Origin: Eubacteriales bacterium
GTDB taxonomy: Bacteria; Bacillota; Clostridia; Oscillospirales; CAG-272
DNA: 64,000 nucleotides
Reading direction: 5' to 3'
Assembly (NCBI GenBank): GCA_045533115.1
Contig: JAZSHF010000005.1
Span: 3,268-67,267 of the forward strand
Below, piece after piece: positions 1 through 10,522 of the stretch. Position numbers and translations under genes: made by a program. Within the stretch, counting starts at the first letter, position 1. Every line of letters begins with the position of its first letter. The notes under the pieces were generated by a model that was not told the DNA's origin, ran no database searches, and saw nothing but the letters and a program-made list of their open reading frames with translations.

Positions 1-66
1 CATCCTAACCTCATCCGTCACCTGCGGTGACACCTTCCCCAAGGGGAAGGCTTATTTGCGTTCATC
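1..66. repeat. Right arm of a mosaic hairpin repeat, cut by the window edge (box CCTCATCC, hairpin GTCACCTGCGGTGAC, hairpin CCTTCCCCAAGGGGAAGG, tail CTTATTTGCGTTCA)
   Basis: The same arm and tail recur at 2835-2868. The family recurs at about 19 loci in the window. Confidence 0.8.
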
Positions 67-88
67 TGATTACACAAGTTGATCTGGG

Positions 89-385
89 TTTTCCACAGGT
101 TTTCCCCTGTGGAAAACTTTTGCGTCGGCTCTGAAATTGCGGTATCGGTTATGGAAAACCGTCGCCATTTTCAATTTTTTGCCTTTTATACAGGGAAAAT
201 TCACTTTACTGTGGAAAAGTTTTGCACATTTTTCAGGGTTATCCACAGTTTTATCAACAGAAATTTCTGTCTTTTCGTGTTGTAAAGCGTCAAAATATCG
301 GCTTTACGCACTGTTTTGTCGGGTGTACCTCAAAAGTTTTCCACAGAATCGGTCATATTGTGGAAAACTTATTTTGTTTTCCACA
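89..385. promoter_or_regulatory. Cluster of nine DnaA-box-like 9-mers downstream of gyrB
   Basis: TTTTCCACA at 89-97, 337-345 and 377-385. TGTGGAAAA at 108-116, 210-218 and 359-367. A perfect TTATCCACA at 239-247. TTATCAACA at 251-259. TATGGAAAA at 150-158. Both orientations are present within about 300 bp of non-coding DNA. Confidence 0.75.
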
Positions 386-520
386 TTTGTGTTTTTGGGG
401 TTGTGAATAAATGAATATTTGCGTATTATTGAGGATTGTATGTAGAACTGATGCTTGCTTTTACCGTCTCTACTACGCTCACTCTATCGCGGTCAACTAA
501 ATGCTTCGCCGCATTCCCTT

Positions 521-667
521 ACCTTCTCCAGTGGGAGAAGGTGCCGAGTGTAACGAGGCGGATGAGGTGTACGGGTATAATGTGACATCTCTTTGGCATA
601 CGGTTGCTCCGCAACCTACACCTCATCCGTCAACCTTCGGTTGACACCTTCTCCCGCTGGAGAAGGT
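521..667. repeat. Complete mosaic hairpin repeat (left arm H1-H2-GGATGAGGTGT, centre, CTAC-type hairpin, right arm ACACCTCATCC-GTCAACCTTCGGTTGAC-H1)
   Basis: ACCTTCTCCAGTGGGAGAAGGT at 521-542 pairs with CACCTTCTCCCGCTGGAGAAGGT ending at 667. The box and its reverse complement are both present. Confidence 0.85.
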
Positions 668-745
668 CAATAACGTGGCGCATTTTCTCAACATAGCGGT
701 GTATTATTCACACCCTACGGTGTGGCTAAAATTTGTAATGTTATA

Positions 746-2868
<2,123 letters not shown>

Positions 2869-2886
2869 CTTTAATTTTATAAATAA

Positions 2887-3123
2887 TTATTCAACTCTGC
2901 CGATGAGGGCTTGCGTTGATATCTGGGAAAAGTATACTTTTCCGTCGTTTGTGAGTATAAATGACTTCGGGACTTCTTCAAAAAGCGCTTCTGTCATACC
3001 GTTTTTTTCTCTACCCTTGAGAAATTTTTTCGTATCGGCAGATACGGTTGCCGTATCCATATCGAAGATGCCGATTATGTTTTTAAGGAGTAGATTTTTG
3101 TTGTTTCCTGCATGTAAGAACAT
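2887..3123 (-). CDS. DUF370 / RemB(YaaB)-like small protein
   Basis: 78-aa ORF between recF and gyrB, the position of remB/yaaB in Bacillus. Contains the IIGIFD...S motif typical of that family (from memory). Confidence 0.75.
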   Translation of the reverse strand: MFLHAGNNKNLLLKNIIGIFDMDTATVSADTKKFLKGREKNGMTEALFEEVPKSFILTNDGKVYFSQISTQALIGRVE

Positions 3124-3179
3124 ACTGCGTAGGCCTTTCTTTTTTATCTCATATTTTCACAAATGTTTATAAATTCATT

Positions 3180-3248
3180 GTAGGTGCGATCATTGGTCGC
3201 CCGAAAAATTGCCTTAAGAATGGACGGGCGACCAATGGTCGCCCCTAC
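3180..3248. repeat. REP doublet (inverted pair of GTAG + GGGCGACCA hairpins)
   Basis: GTAGGTGCGATCATTGGTCGCCC at 3180-3202 and GGGCGACCAATGGTCGCCCCTAC at 3226-3248, separated by a 23-nt spacer. Confidence 0.85.
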
Positions 3249-3274
3249 AATAACAGGGTTAATCTTCTGAAATT

Positions 3275-4342
3275 TTAATTTACAACCCCGTTATTTACGT
3301 CATAAACCTTACAGGGTGTATCAATTTTATCGCAGGACGTGATAATTACCTGCTTATTTTCGATACCGGAGAGGAGATATTCGCGTCTTTTTTCGTCAAG
3401 CTCACTCAGAATATCGTCAAAGAGGAACACGGGATAGGTTCCGCTGATCTCGCGTGAAATTTCGCCCTCGGCGATCTTCATTGAAAGAGCAACCGATCTT
3501 TGCTGTCCCTGCGAGCCGAAGGACCGAGCCTCGCGGCCGTTCAGCATTATTTCTATATCGTCCTTATGAGTGCCGTAGAGTGTCGCGCCGAACCGAAGCT
3601 CACGGTCACGGTTTTCATTAAGCAGCGAAAGATATTCTTCCTTCGTTTTTCGCGTCTGATAGGTCAGCTTAACACTTTCTTTACCCGCCGTCATATCGTT
3701 TATTATCTCATCTGCCGAAACGCTCAGGCGCGATATATAAATATCACGCTTTTCCGAGATAATTTCAGCCTCGGCGGCAAGCTGCTCGGCGTAAACGTCG
3801 GAAAGCAGGAAAATATTATCATCTCGGCGGTCACGCGCCATTTTTATAAGCGCGTTTCGCTGTGAAAGAAACGCGTTATATCTCTGAAGCGACCTTAGAT
3901 ACTCGGTATCGGTCTGTGACAGGGCATTGTCTATAAATTTTCGTCTTACCGACGGGCCGTCCTTGACTATCGACAGATGCTCGGGGCAGAAAAGCACGGC
4001 GCGGAATTTTCCGACGACCTCGGATAGGCGCGTTATGGGAGCTCCGTTCAGCGAGCAAAACCTTTTTCCGAGCCGAGGCACGAAGCGGAAAAGCATTTCG
4101 TTTTCGCGCTTGCCGTCGAAAAAGGTCATTTCTATCTGTCCGTATTCAGCCCCGAAGCGTACAAGCTCGTTTTCGTGCACCGTACGGAAGGATCGCCCTC
4201 CCGCGAAGAAATACACTCCTTCGAGTATATTCGTCTTTCCCTGCCCATTTAAGCCGTTAAAAACGGTAACTGTGGGTGATATTTCAAGTGACGCCTCTTC
4301 GATATTACGAAAATTCTTATATACGAGCTTACGGCAGATCAT
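3275..4342 (-). CDS. recF: DNA replication/repair protein RecF
   Basis: 355-aa ORF with the Walker A motif GLNGQGKTN and the SMC-like signature FGSQGQQRS. Overlaps the dnaN stop by 4 nt. Confidence 0.96.
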   Translation of the reverse strand: MICRKLVYKNFRNIEEASLEISPTVTVFNGLNGQGKTNILEGVYFFAGGRSFRTVHENELVRFGAEYGQIEMTFFDGKRENEMLFRFVPRLGKRFCSLNGAPITRLSEVVGKFRAVLFCPEHLSIVKDGPSVRRKFIDNALSQTDTEYLRSLQRYNAFLSQRNALIKMARDRRDDNIFLLSDVYAEQLAAEAEIISEKRDIYISRLSVSADEIINDMTAGKESVKLTYQTRKTKEEYLSLLNENRDRELRFGATLYGTHKDDIEIMLNGREARSFGSQGQQRSVALSMKIAEGEISREISGTYPVFLFDDILSELDEKRREYLLSGIENKQVIITSCDKIDTPCKVYDVNNGVVN

Positions 4343-5481
4343 CCGTTAAGACGAACGGGGAGAATGAGGAGTAAGAACTTGCTCGGACTGTCCGACGCTT
4401 CCTCGACCGTCATACTCATAAGAGGAGAGGTAAGGCAGAGCTTAATTCTCTCGCAGTCACATACCTTGATAGCGTCGTATAGGAAGCGGCAGTTGAAGCC
4501 GATCTCAATGTCCTCACCCTCGTGGTGAACGGAAATTACATCGTTTACGCGTCCCGTGACCGACGAGGAAGCGATAGTAAGCTGTCCTTCCTTAACGGTG
4601 CAGATAACGGGGCTCGGAATCTGTCCCTGACGTCTTTCTTCAGTTACGAGAAGAGCTCTTTCAAGGGCAGAAAGGAGATCTGAGGTATCAAGTGTAACGA
4701 ATATCTTGGGCGATTTGGGGATAAAGCGGTCGTAATCAATATACTGCGCGTCAATTCTTCTCGTAAAAAGAACGAATCTTCCTATGAAGAATATGATGTG
4801 CTTACGGGCAACGTAAATTTCCATTTCCTTATCGCTGTCGGAAATGAATCTCATAAGCTCGGAAATACTCTTACCCGGGATAATTACGTCAAAAGCAAGC
4901 TCACTTGTACCGACGCTTTCCATCGGCTCGGTCTCGGTCACGACCGAAAGACGGCTTCCGTCGCAGGAAACTGCCGAAAGGACTCCGTCCTCGACCTTGA
5001 GGTCAAGACCGTTAAGCTCGGGCTTTACGGAATTAACGGCGATAGCGAACTGTGTTTTCTGAATAATTGCGCGAAGCGCGTCCTGACGGATTTTGAATCC
5101 ACGGTCGCCTCTTAGCTCCGGCAGATCGGGAAAATCGGACGCCGAGAGCGCATAAAGCTCAAATTCCGACGTTCCTGCCGATATCTTTGCCTTTAGGTTG
5201 CTTTCGTTGATTTCAATCGTAAGAAGTCCGTCGGGCATTGCCTTTATTATCTGAATAAATCTCTGGCAGTTGATAATTCCCGCGCCGCCTTCCTCGACGA
5301 TACAGGTAACGGTCGTTTTCATACCCTTTTCAAGGTCGTAAGCGGTAAGCTCACAGGTATCGTTTGATATTGTTTTAAGAAGGATACCCTCGATCGACGC
5401 GATCGTGTTTTTGTTTGACGCAAAGCCCACTGAGGGGATAGCCGCCTCGAGAATTTCGTTTTTCATTACCTTGATCTTCAT
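4339..5481 (-). CDS. dnaN: DNA polymerase III beta sliding clamp
   Basis: 380-aa ORF with the three-domain clamp length, directly downstream of dnaA. Confidence 0.95.
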   Translation of the reverse strand: MKIKVMKNEILEAAIPSVGFASNKNTIASIEGILLKTISNDTCELTAYDLEKGMKTTVTCIVEEGGAGIINCQRFIQIIKAMPDGLLTIEINESNLKAKISAGTSEFELYALSASDFPDLPELRGDRGFKIRQDALRAIIQKTQFAIAVNSVKPELNGLDLKVEDGVLSAVSCDGSRLSVVTETEPMESVGTSELAFDVIIPGKSISELMRFISDSDKEMEIYVARKHIIFFIGRFVLFTRRIDAQYIDYDRFIPKSPKIFVTLDTSDLLSALERALLVTEERRQGQIPSPVICTVKEGQLTIASSSVTGRVNDVISVHHEGEDIEIGFNCRFLYDAIKVCDCERIKLCLTSPLMSMTVEEASDSPSKFLLLILPVRLNG

Positions 5482-5605
5482 TTTTTTGTTCCTTTCGTTC
5501 CGAGCTTCATTCGGACTCTGTCAATTTTTCTTTTCGCGCGCAGCGCGTCAGAAAGAAATAAATAATAATATTTTAAGTAGGTATATCAGTAGGTGCTGTT
5601 GGAAT

Positions 5606-5800
5606 TGTGGATAAGCCTGAAAACCGTTATGCCAAACTGCTTTTCGGGGGGTAAATGTCGAAATTTGTCTGTGGATAAGCTGTTCGATTTTTTGAAAGTT
5701 GTCCACATGGGGATAATGTGTTGATAAGCTGGGGAAAAATGTTGATAATTTTTGAATTAAAATAGAATTATCTACATTATAGGTAATATTTGCCACGTTG
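5606..5800. promoter_or_regulatory. oriC-type DnaA-box cluster with AT-rich tract in the dnaA-dnaN spacer
   Basis: Perfect TGTGGATAA at 5606-5614 and 5670-5678. One-mismatch boxes at 5699-5707 (TTGTCCACA), 5719-5727 and 5740-5748 (TGTTGATAA), and 5768-5776 (TTATCTACA). AT-rich stretch at 5745-5790. Confidence 0.8.
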
Positions 5801-5804
5801 TCTT

Positions 5805-6237
5805 ACCTTCTCCTTAGGGAGAATGGGGGCCACCGAAGGTGGTGGATGAGGTGTTACATAGGTAATGAATTTTTTCTTAACTTTTCTTACTCGTGTAAGA
5901 AAAGTTACAAAAGAACCACGCCAAGGGGCAAACCGGTTTGAATTTTGCCTTCGCAAAATTCTGCACACGTTTTCCCCTTTGGAAACCCCTTTCCTTTAAG
6001 GAAGATTTGTGACGTTTCATCGTAGGGCGGGGGCTTGCTCCCGCCGTTGCAAAGAAAAGTAACATCGTTTTTGTGCGGGCGAGCAATGCTCGCCCCTACG
6101 AGAGAGTTTGGAATTTCATTGTAGGGGCGACCAATGGTCGCCCGTTTTCGTGGCGGTTTAATGCGTGCGACCATTGGTCGCACGTTTTAAGTAAAGTAAC
6201 ACCGCTTTGGAACGGCGGGAGCAAGCCCCCGCCCTAC
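5805..6237. repeat. Composite repeat block: left-arm half element, a 130-bp family-E copy, and five REP hairpins
   Basis: Left arm at 5805-5867. Family E at 5878-6004. REPs at 6022-6045 (GTAG GGCGGGGGCTTGCTCCCGCC), 6077-6099 (GGGCGAGCAATGCTCGCCC CTAC), 6121-6143 (GTAG GGGCGACCAATGGTCGCCC), 6165-6183 (a degenerate copy) and 6214-6237 (GGCGGGAGCAAGCCCCCGCC CTAC). Confidence 0.85.
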
Positions 6238-6256
6238 GAAATTGTGGCAAAGTTTA

Positions 6257-7657
6257 TCAACGCTTCTTTATCCTATTTATAAGGTCTTTGATTTCCGCGT
6301 CAAACGACGGCTCTGTATTCATACGCTTTTCGACTGTTTCGATGGAATTTATGATCGTCGTATGGTCGCGTCCGAAAACTCGTCCGATCGCGGGGAGTGA
6401 ACGGTCGGTCAGCTTTTTGATAATATAGACTGATATATGTCTTGCCGACGCGACGTTACTCGTTCTTTTTCTGCTTTTAATGTCCTCGACCGTAATACCG
6501 TATTTCTGCGAAACCATCGTAAGAATTTTATCTATCGTTACCGTTACGGGTTCAGATCCGACAACCTGGTCGGAAATACATCTTATTGCGAGGTCAACGG
6601 ACACCTCAGCACCGGTCAGTATACACTGCGCCGAAATTCTCTTGACCGCGCCCTCAAGCTGACGGACGTTATCGGTGAGGTTTTCCGCTATGTAGCTTAC
6701 GACCTCTTCGGGGAATGTCATACCGAGCTTTTCAACCTTTTTCTTGACGATAGCCGCACGAAGCTCGAAATCCGGCGGATTGATATCAGCAATAATTCCG
6801 CCCTCAAAGCGTGTGCGTAAGCGCTCCTCAAGCCGCTCGATATCGCGAGGTGGAAGGTCGGAAACGAGGATTATCTGCTTTCCGTTTTCATACAGGTGGT
6901 TGAAGGTATTAAAAAATTCCTCTTGAGTCGACGCTTTGCCTGCAATAAACTGAATATCGTCGATAAGAAGCACGTCCGCCTGACGGTACTTTTCGCGGAA
7001 TTCGTGCCGCAGGTCGCGGGAAAGGGAATCTATCATCTGATTTGTAAATTCCTCTCCCTTTACGTATACGACCTTATATGACGGAAAATTTTCCTTCAGT
7101 CGGTTAGCTATTGCGTAAAGCAGATGCGTTTTACCGAGACCCGACGGGCCGTATATAAAGAGGGGATTTGCCTGACGCGCAGGATGGTTTGAAACCGACT
7201 GTGCCGCCGCATGTGCAAACTTGTTCGATTCACCTACGACGAAGGAATCAAAGGTAAATTCGGAAAACGCCGCGGGAACCGCCGCACGGTTAAGCACCTT
7301 ATTTTCTCCGACCGTAGAATAAATTTCGGTATTGACTTCACTCTTTTCCGCAGCCGCAATTATCTTTTCCGTCGTTTCCTTTTCGTTCTGAAGCGAACGA
7401 ACGGAAACAGTTACCTCAAATCCAATGACCTCAAAAAGAGCTTCCTTTATCTTGGTAAGATATCTGTTATGAATAATATCGCGCTTGAAATCTGACTTCG
7501 CCATAAAAACGGCGGTATCGTTTGTCAGAACCGTTAATTTAAGGTCTGAAAACCAGAGCTTCATAACGATATCGTCGTATCCGTTGATATCCTGAAGCTT
7601 CTTTTTCACGAGCGTCCATATCTCGTCAAATTGGTTGTTGTCGTTTATGTTTATCAT
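6257..7657 (-). CDS. dnaA: Chromosomal replication initiator DnaA
   Basis: 466-aa ORF with the AAA+ Walker A motif GPSGLGKTHL and a C-terminal DnaA-box-binding domain (RHISVYIIKKLT...IGRVFGRDHTT). Confidence 0.98.
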   Translation of the reverse strand: MININDNNQFDEIWTLVKKKLQDINGYDDIVMKLWFSDLKLTVLTNDTAVFMAKSDFKRDIIHNRYLTKIKEALFEVIGFEVTVSVRSLQNEKETTEKIIAAAEKSEVNTEIYSTVGENKVLNRAAVPAAFSEFTFDSFVVGESNKFAHAAAQSVSNHPARQANPLFIYGPSGLGKTHLLYAIANRLKENFPSYKVVYVKGEEFTNQMIDSLSRDLRHEFREKYRQADVLLIDDIQFIAGKASTQEEFFNTFNHLYENGKQIILVSDLPPRDIERLEERLRTRFEGGIIADINPPDFELRAAIVKKKVEKLGMTFPEEVVSYIAENLTDNVRQLEGAVKRISAQCILTGAEVSVDLAIRCISDQVVGSEPVTVTIDKILTMVSQKYGITVEDIKSRKRTSNVASARHISVYIIKKLTDRSLPAIGRVFGRDHTTIINSIETVEKRMNTEPSFDAEIKDLINRIKKR

Positions 7658-7796
7658 AGCTTAACTCACTAATGAATATAATTATAGTTATATATATTAT
7701 ATTATATATAGGGAAAAATTTCAAGGTTTTAGCATCGCAAGGACTATTTTTTAACAAAATGTTTACAAAATAAAGAGATATGCGGAGCACTTAATT

Positions 7797-8287
7797 ACCT
7801 TCTCCAGTGGGAGAAGGTGTCAACCGAAGGTTGACGGATGAGGTGTTTCATAGGTAATGCAACTGACTTGATATAATAATATTTTAATTGTACAATACAC
7901 CTCATCCGACTTCGTTCGGCTTCGCCTCTCTCAGCCACCTTCTCCCGTTGGAGAAGGTAAAACAACGCGGCGAAGCATCGGAACGTCCTCTTGCCTTCCC
8001 CTCAGGGGAAGGTGTCGGTCAAAGGGTTCCTGAGGTGTAGGTTGCGAAGCAACCGTTATACCTTCTCCAGCGGGAGAAGGGGGACCACCGAAGGTGGTGG
8101 ATGAGGTGTAGGTTGCGAAGCAACCGCTATACCTTCTCCAGCGGGAGAAGGGGGACCGCGATAGCGGTGGATGAGGTGTAGGTTGCGGAGCAACCGCATC
8201 AAAAACAATGTAACATCACACCCGAACACCTCATCCGACTTCGTTCGGCTTCGCCTCACTCAGCCACCTTCTCCCGTTGGAGAAGGT
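7797..8287. repeat. Largest mosaic repeat block: one full element followed by an element with its internal left-arm module tandemly duplicated
   Basis: Full element at 7797-7967. The second block at 7990-8287 contains units of about 70 bp starting at 8032, 8103 and 8173. Confidence 0.9.
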
Positions 8288-8311
8288 ATGACAATGCGTC
8301 GAAGCTTCCTT

Positions 8312-8345
8312 AAAACAAAAAAACAAGACCTCCTTCGAGGTCTTG
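8312..8345 (-). terminator. Intrinsic terminator of rny
   Basis: Hairpin CAAGACCTCCTTCGAGGTCTTG at 8324-8345, followed on the minus strand by a U-run (plus-strand A-run at 8312-8323). Confidence 0.75.
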
Positions 8346-8458
8346 CTTCCTTATAAAATAGATCATATATAAAACGGAATTATCCGAGATTTTCGCATAA
8401 GCTCTATATGAAAAATCTATTTCAAAATGCCACTCGGCATAGTAGAGTATAAGAAACC

Positions 8459-10009
8459 TTACTTCGCGTACTCGATAGCGCGGCTTTCTCTGATAAGCTG
8501 TATCTTGATCTGTCCGGGATATTCAAGGCTTCCCTCGATCTTCTTAACGATATCACGCGCGGTGAGTATCATCTGATCGTCGTTTACCTCTTCGGGCTTG
8601 ACCATTACGCGGATCTCGCGGCCTGCCTGAATTGCGAAGGACTTTTCAACTCCGGGGAAGGAGTTTGCGATCTCTTCAAGCTTCTGCAGACGCTTGAGGT
8701 AATTTTCAAGGTCCTCACGGCGTGCGCCGGGTCTTGCAGCGGAAATTGCGTCTGCTGCCTGAACTATCATTGCTACGATCGTCTGAGGCTCAACGTCGTT
8801 ATGATGTGCCTCGATCGCGTGAATAACGTCACGGTTTTCCTTATACTTTCTTGCGATATCAACGCCGATCTGAACGTGTGAGCCCTCGACCTCCTGCGTC
8901 ATCGACTTACCGATGTCGTGGAGAAGTCCGGCGCGCTTAGCAAGTGTGCTATCGACACCGAGCTCGTCGGCTATGATACCTGAAATGTGTGCGACCTCAA
9001 TAGAGTGGTCAAGCACGTTTTGTCCGTAGCTTGTACGGTATCTTAGGCGTCCGAGGAGCTTGACGAGCTCGTTATTGAGTCCGTGTACCCCTGTTTCAAA
9101 CGTGGCTCTTTCGCCTGCCTGTTTGATGATGTTTTCAACTTCCTTGCGTGCCTTTTCAACCGTTTCCTCAATTCTGGTCGGATGAATACGTCCGTCAAGG
9201 ATAAGCTTTTCAAGAGCAAGTCTTGCAACTTCGCGTCTTACGGGATCGAAGCAGGATACTGTGATCGCTTCGGGTGTGTCGTCTATAATGAGATCGACAC
9301 CGGTCATCGTCTCGATGGTTCTGATGTTACGTCCCTCGCGTCCGATTATTCGTCCCTTCATATCGTCGTTCGGAAGAGCGACGACCGAAACTGTTACCTC
9401 GGAAACGTGGTCGGATGCACATCTCTGAATTGCAAGTGAGATAATTTCTCTTGCCTTTCTGTCGGCGTCTTCTTTGAGCTGAGATTCGATCTCGACGATC
9501 TTCATGACCGCCTCGTGCTTTGCATCGTCTTCAATCTGACGGACGAGCTCATCCTTCGCCTCCTCGCGGGAAAGTCCTGCGATAGCCTCGAGCTTGGTCA
9601 GCTGCTGCTGGCGTATCTCCTCTGCCTTTGCCATAAGGTCTTCCTGCTCCTTGATCTTTGCTCGGAGCACTTCTTCCTTACGCTCGTAGCTTTCAACCTT
9701 CTTGTCGAGGGTCTCTTCACGCTGTGCGACGCGTCTTTCGAGCCGTGTGACCTCATTTCTGCGTTCGCGTAGCTCTTTTTCAAAATCGTTTTTGTCGCGG
9801 ATGATCTTTTCCTTAGCTTCGATCAAGGCTTCCTTTTTGAGTGTCTCGGCGGTCTTTTCGCCTTCCTCAACGATACGCTTTGCCTCAATCTCGGCAGACT
9901 TGATCTTTGCCTCGCCTATCTTTTTGCGAATAATAATTCCGACAAGCAAGCCGACAAAAAGAGATAGGGCAGCCGCTGAAACGCAGATGATGATTTCGGT
10001 AGGTCCCAT
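8459..10009 (-). CDS. rny: Ribonuclease Y
   Basis: 516-aa ORF with an N-terminal TM helix, a charged coiled coil, a KH domain (IGREGRNIR) and an HD domain (LLHDIGK). Confidence 0.96.
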   Translation of the reverse strand: MGPTEIIICVSAAALSLFVGLLVGIIIRKKIGEAKIKSAEIEAKRIVEEGEKTAETLKKEALIEAKEKIIRDKNDFEKELRERRNEVTRLERRVAQREETLDKKVESYERKEEVLRAKIKEQEDLMAKAEEIRQQQLTKLEAIAGLSREEAKDELVRQIEDDAKHEAVMKIVEIESQLKEDADRKAREIISLAIQRCASDHVSEVTVSVVALPNDDMKGRIIGREGRNIRTIETMTGVDLIIDDTPEAITVSCFDPVRREVARLALEKLILDGRIHPTRIEETVEKARKEVENIIKQAGERATFETGVHGLNNELVKLLGRLRYRTSYGQNVLDHSIEVAHISGIIADELGVDSTLAKRAGLLHDIGKSMTQEVEGSHVQIGVDIARKYKENRDVIHAIEAHHNDVEPQTIVAMIVQAADAISAARPGARREDLENYLKRLQKLEEIANSFPGVEKSFAIQAGREIRVMVKPEEVNDDQMILTARDIVKKIEGSLEYPGQIKIQLIRESRAIEYAK

Positions 10010-10154
10010 AATACACCTCCTTGTTATTAAATTTTAATAATTTCGTATGTAAAGTAAATAAAAATACTTATACAAAATATATTATAATAAAAATATATTG
10101 AAATGTCAAGTGCGATAAGAAATGTTTTTTAGTTTCTTTCATTATTATATATGG

Positions 10155-10402
10155 CAAGCATCGGAACGTCCTCTTGCCTTCCCCTTGGGGAAGGTGTCGG
10201 GCAAAGGGTTCCTGAGGTGTAGGTTGCGTAGCAACCGTTATACCTTCTCCAGCGGGAGAAGGGGGACCGCGATAGCGGTGGATGAGGTGTTTCATAGGTA
10301 ATGCAACTGACTTGATATAATAATATTTTAATTGTACAATACACCTCATCCGACTTCGTTCGGCTTCGCCTCACTCAGCCACCTTCTCCCACTGGAGAAG
10401 GT
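10155..10402. repeat. Mosaic hairpin repeat, near-identical to parts of 7797-8287
   Basis: Shares the flank GCAAGCATCGGAACGTCCTCTTGCC, H1/H2/box modules and the core TTCATAGGTAATGCAACTGACTTGATATAATAATATTTTAATTGTACAAT. Confidence 0.9.
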
Positions 10403-10466
10403 AGTACATCGTAGCGAAGTGTCGAACCCCCTCAAAAAAATTTTTGAAAAAATTTTGAAAAACCTA

Positions 10467-10495
10467 TTGACAATCAATCCTAATTAGTATATAAT
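10467..10495 (+). promoter_or_regulatory. Consensus sigma-A promoter of the Fur-family/rubrerythrin operon
   Basis: TTGACA at 10467-10472, a 17-nt spacer, TATAAT at 10490-10495. The inverted repeat ATTGA-caa-TCAAT overlaps the -35 and may be an operator. Confidence 0.7.
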
Positions 10496-10522
10496 ATCAA
10501 TAGCAACAAGAGAGGTGACCGA

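Noticed and set aside
3500-3865. 121-aa plus-strand ORF
   Set aside because: It is antisense to recF.
8032-8200. Regularly spaced repeats that look superficially like a short CRISPR array
   Set aside because: The whole 70-bp unit repeats, so there are no unique spacers. The sequence belongs to the mosaic family found all over the window, and no cas genes are nearby.
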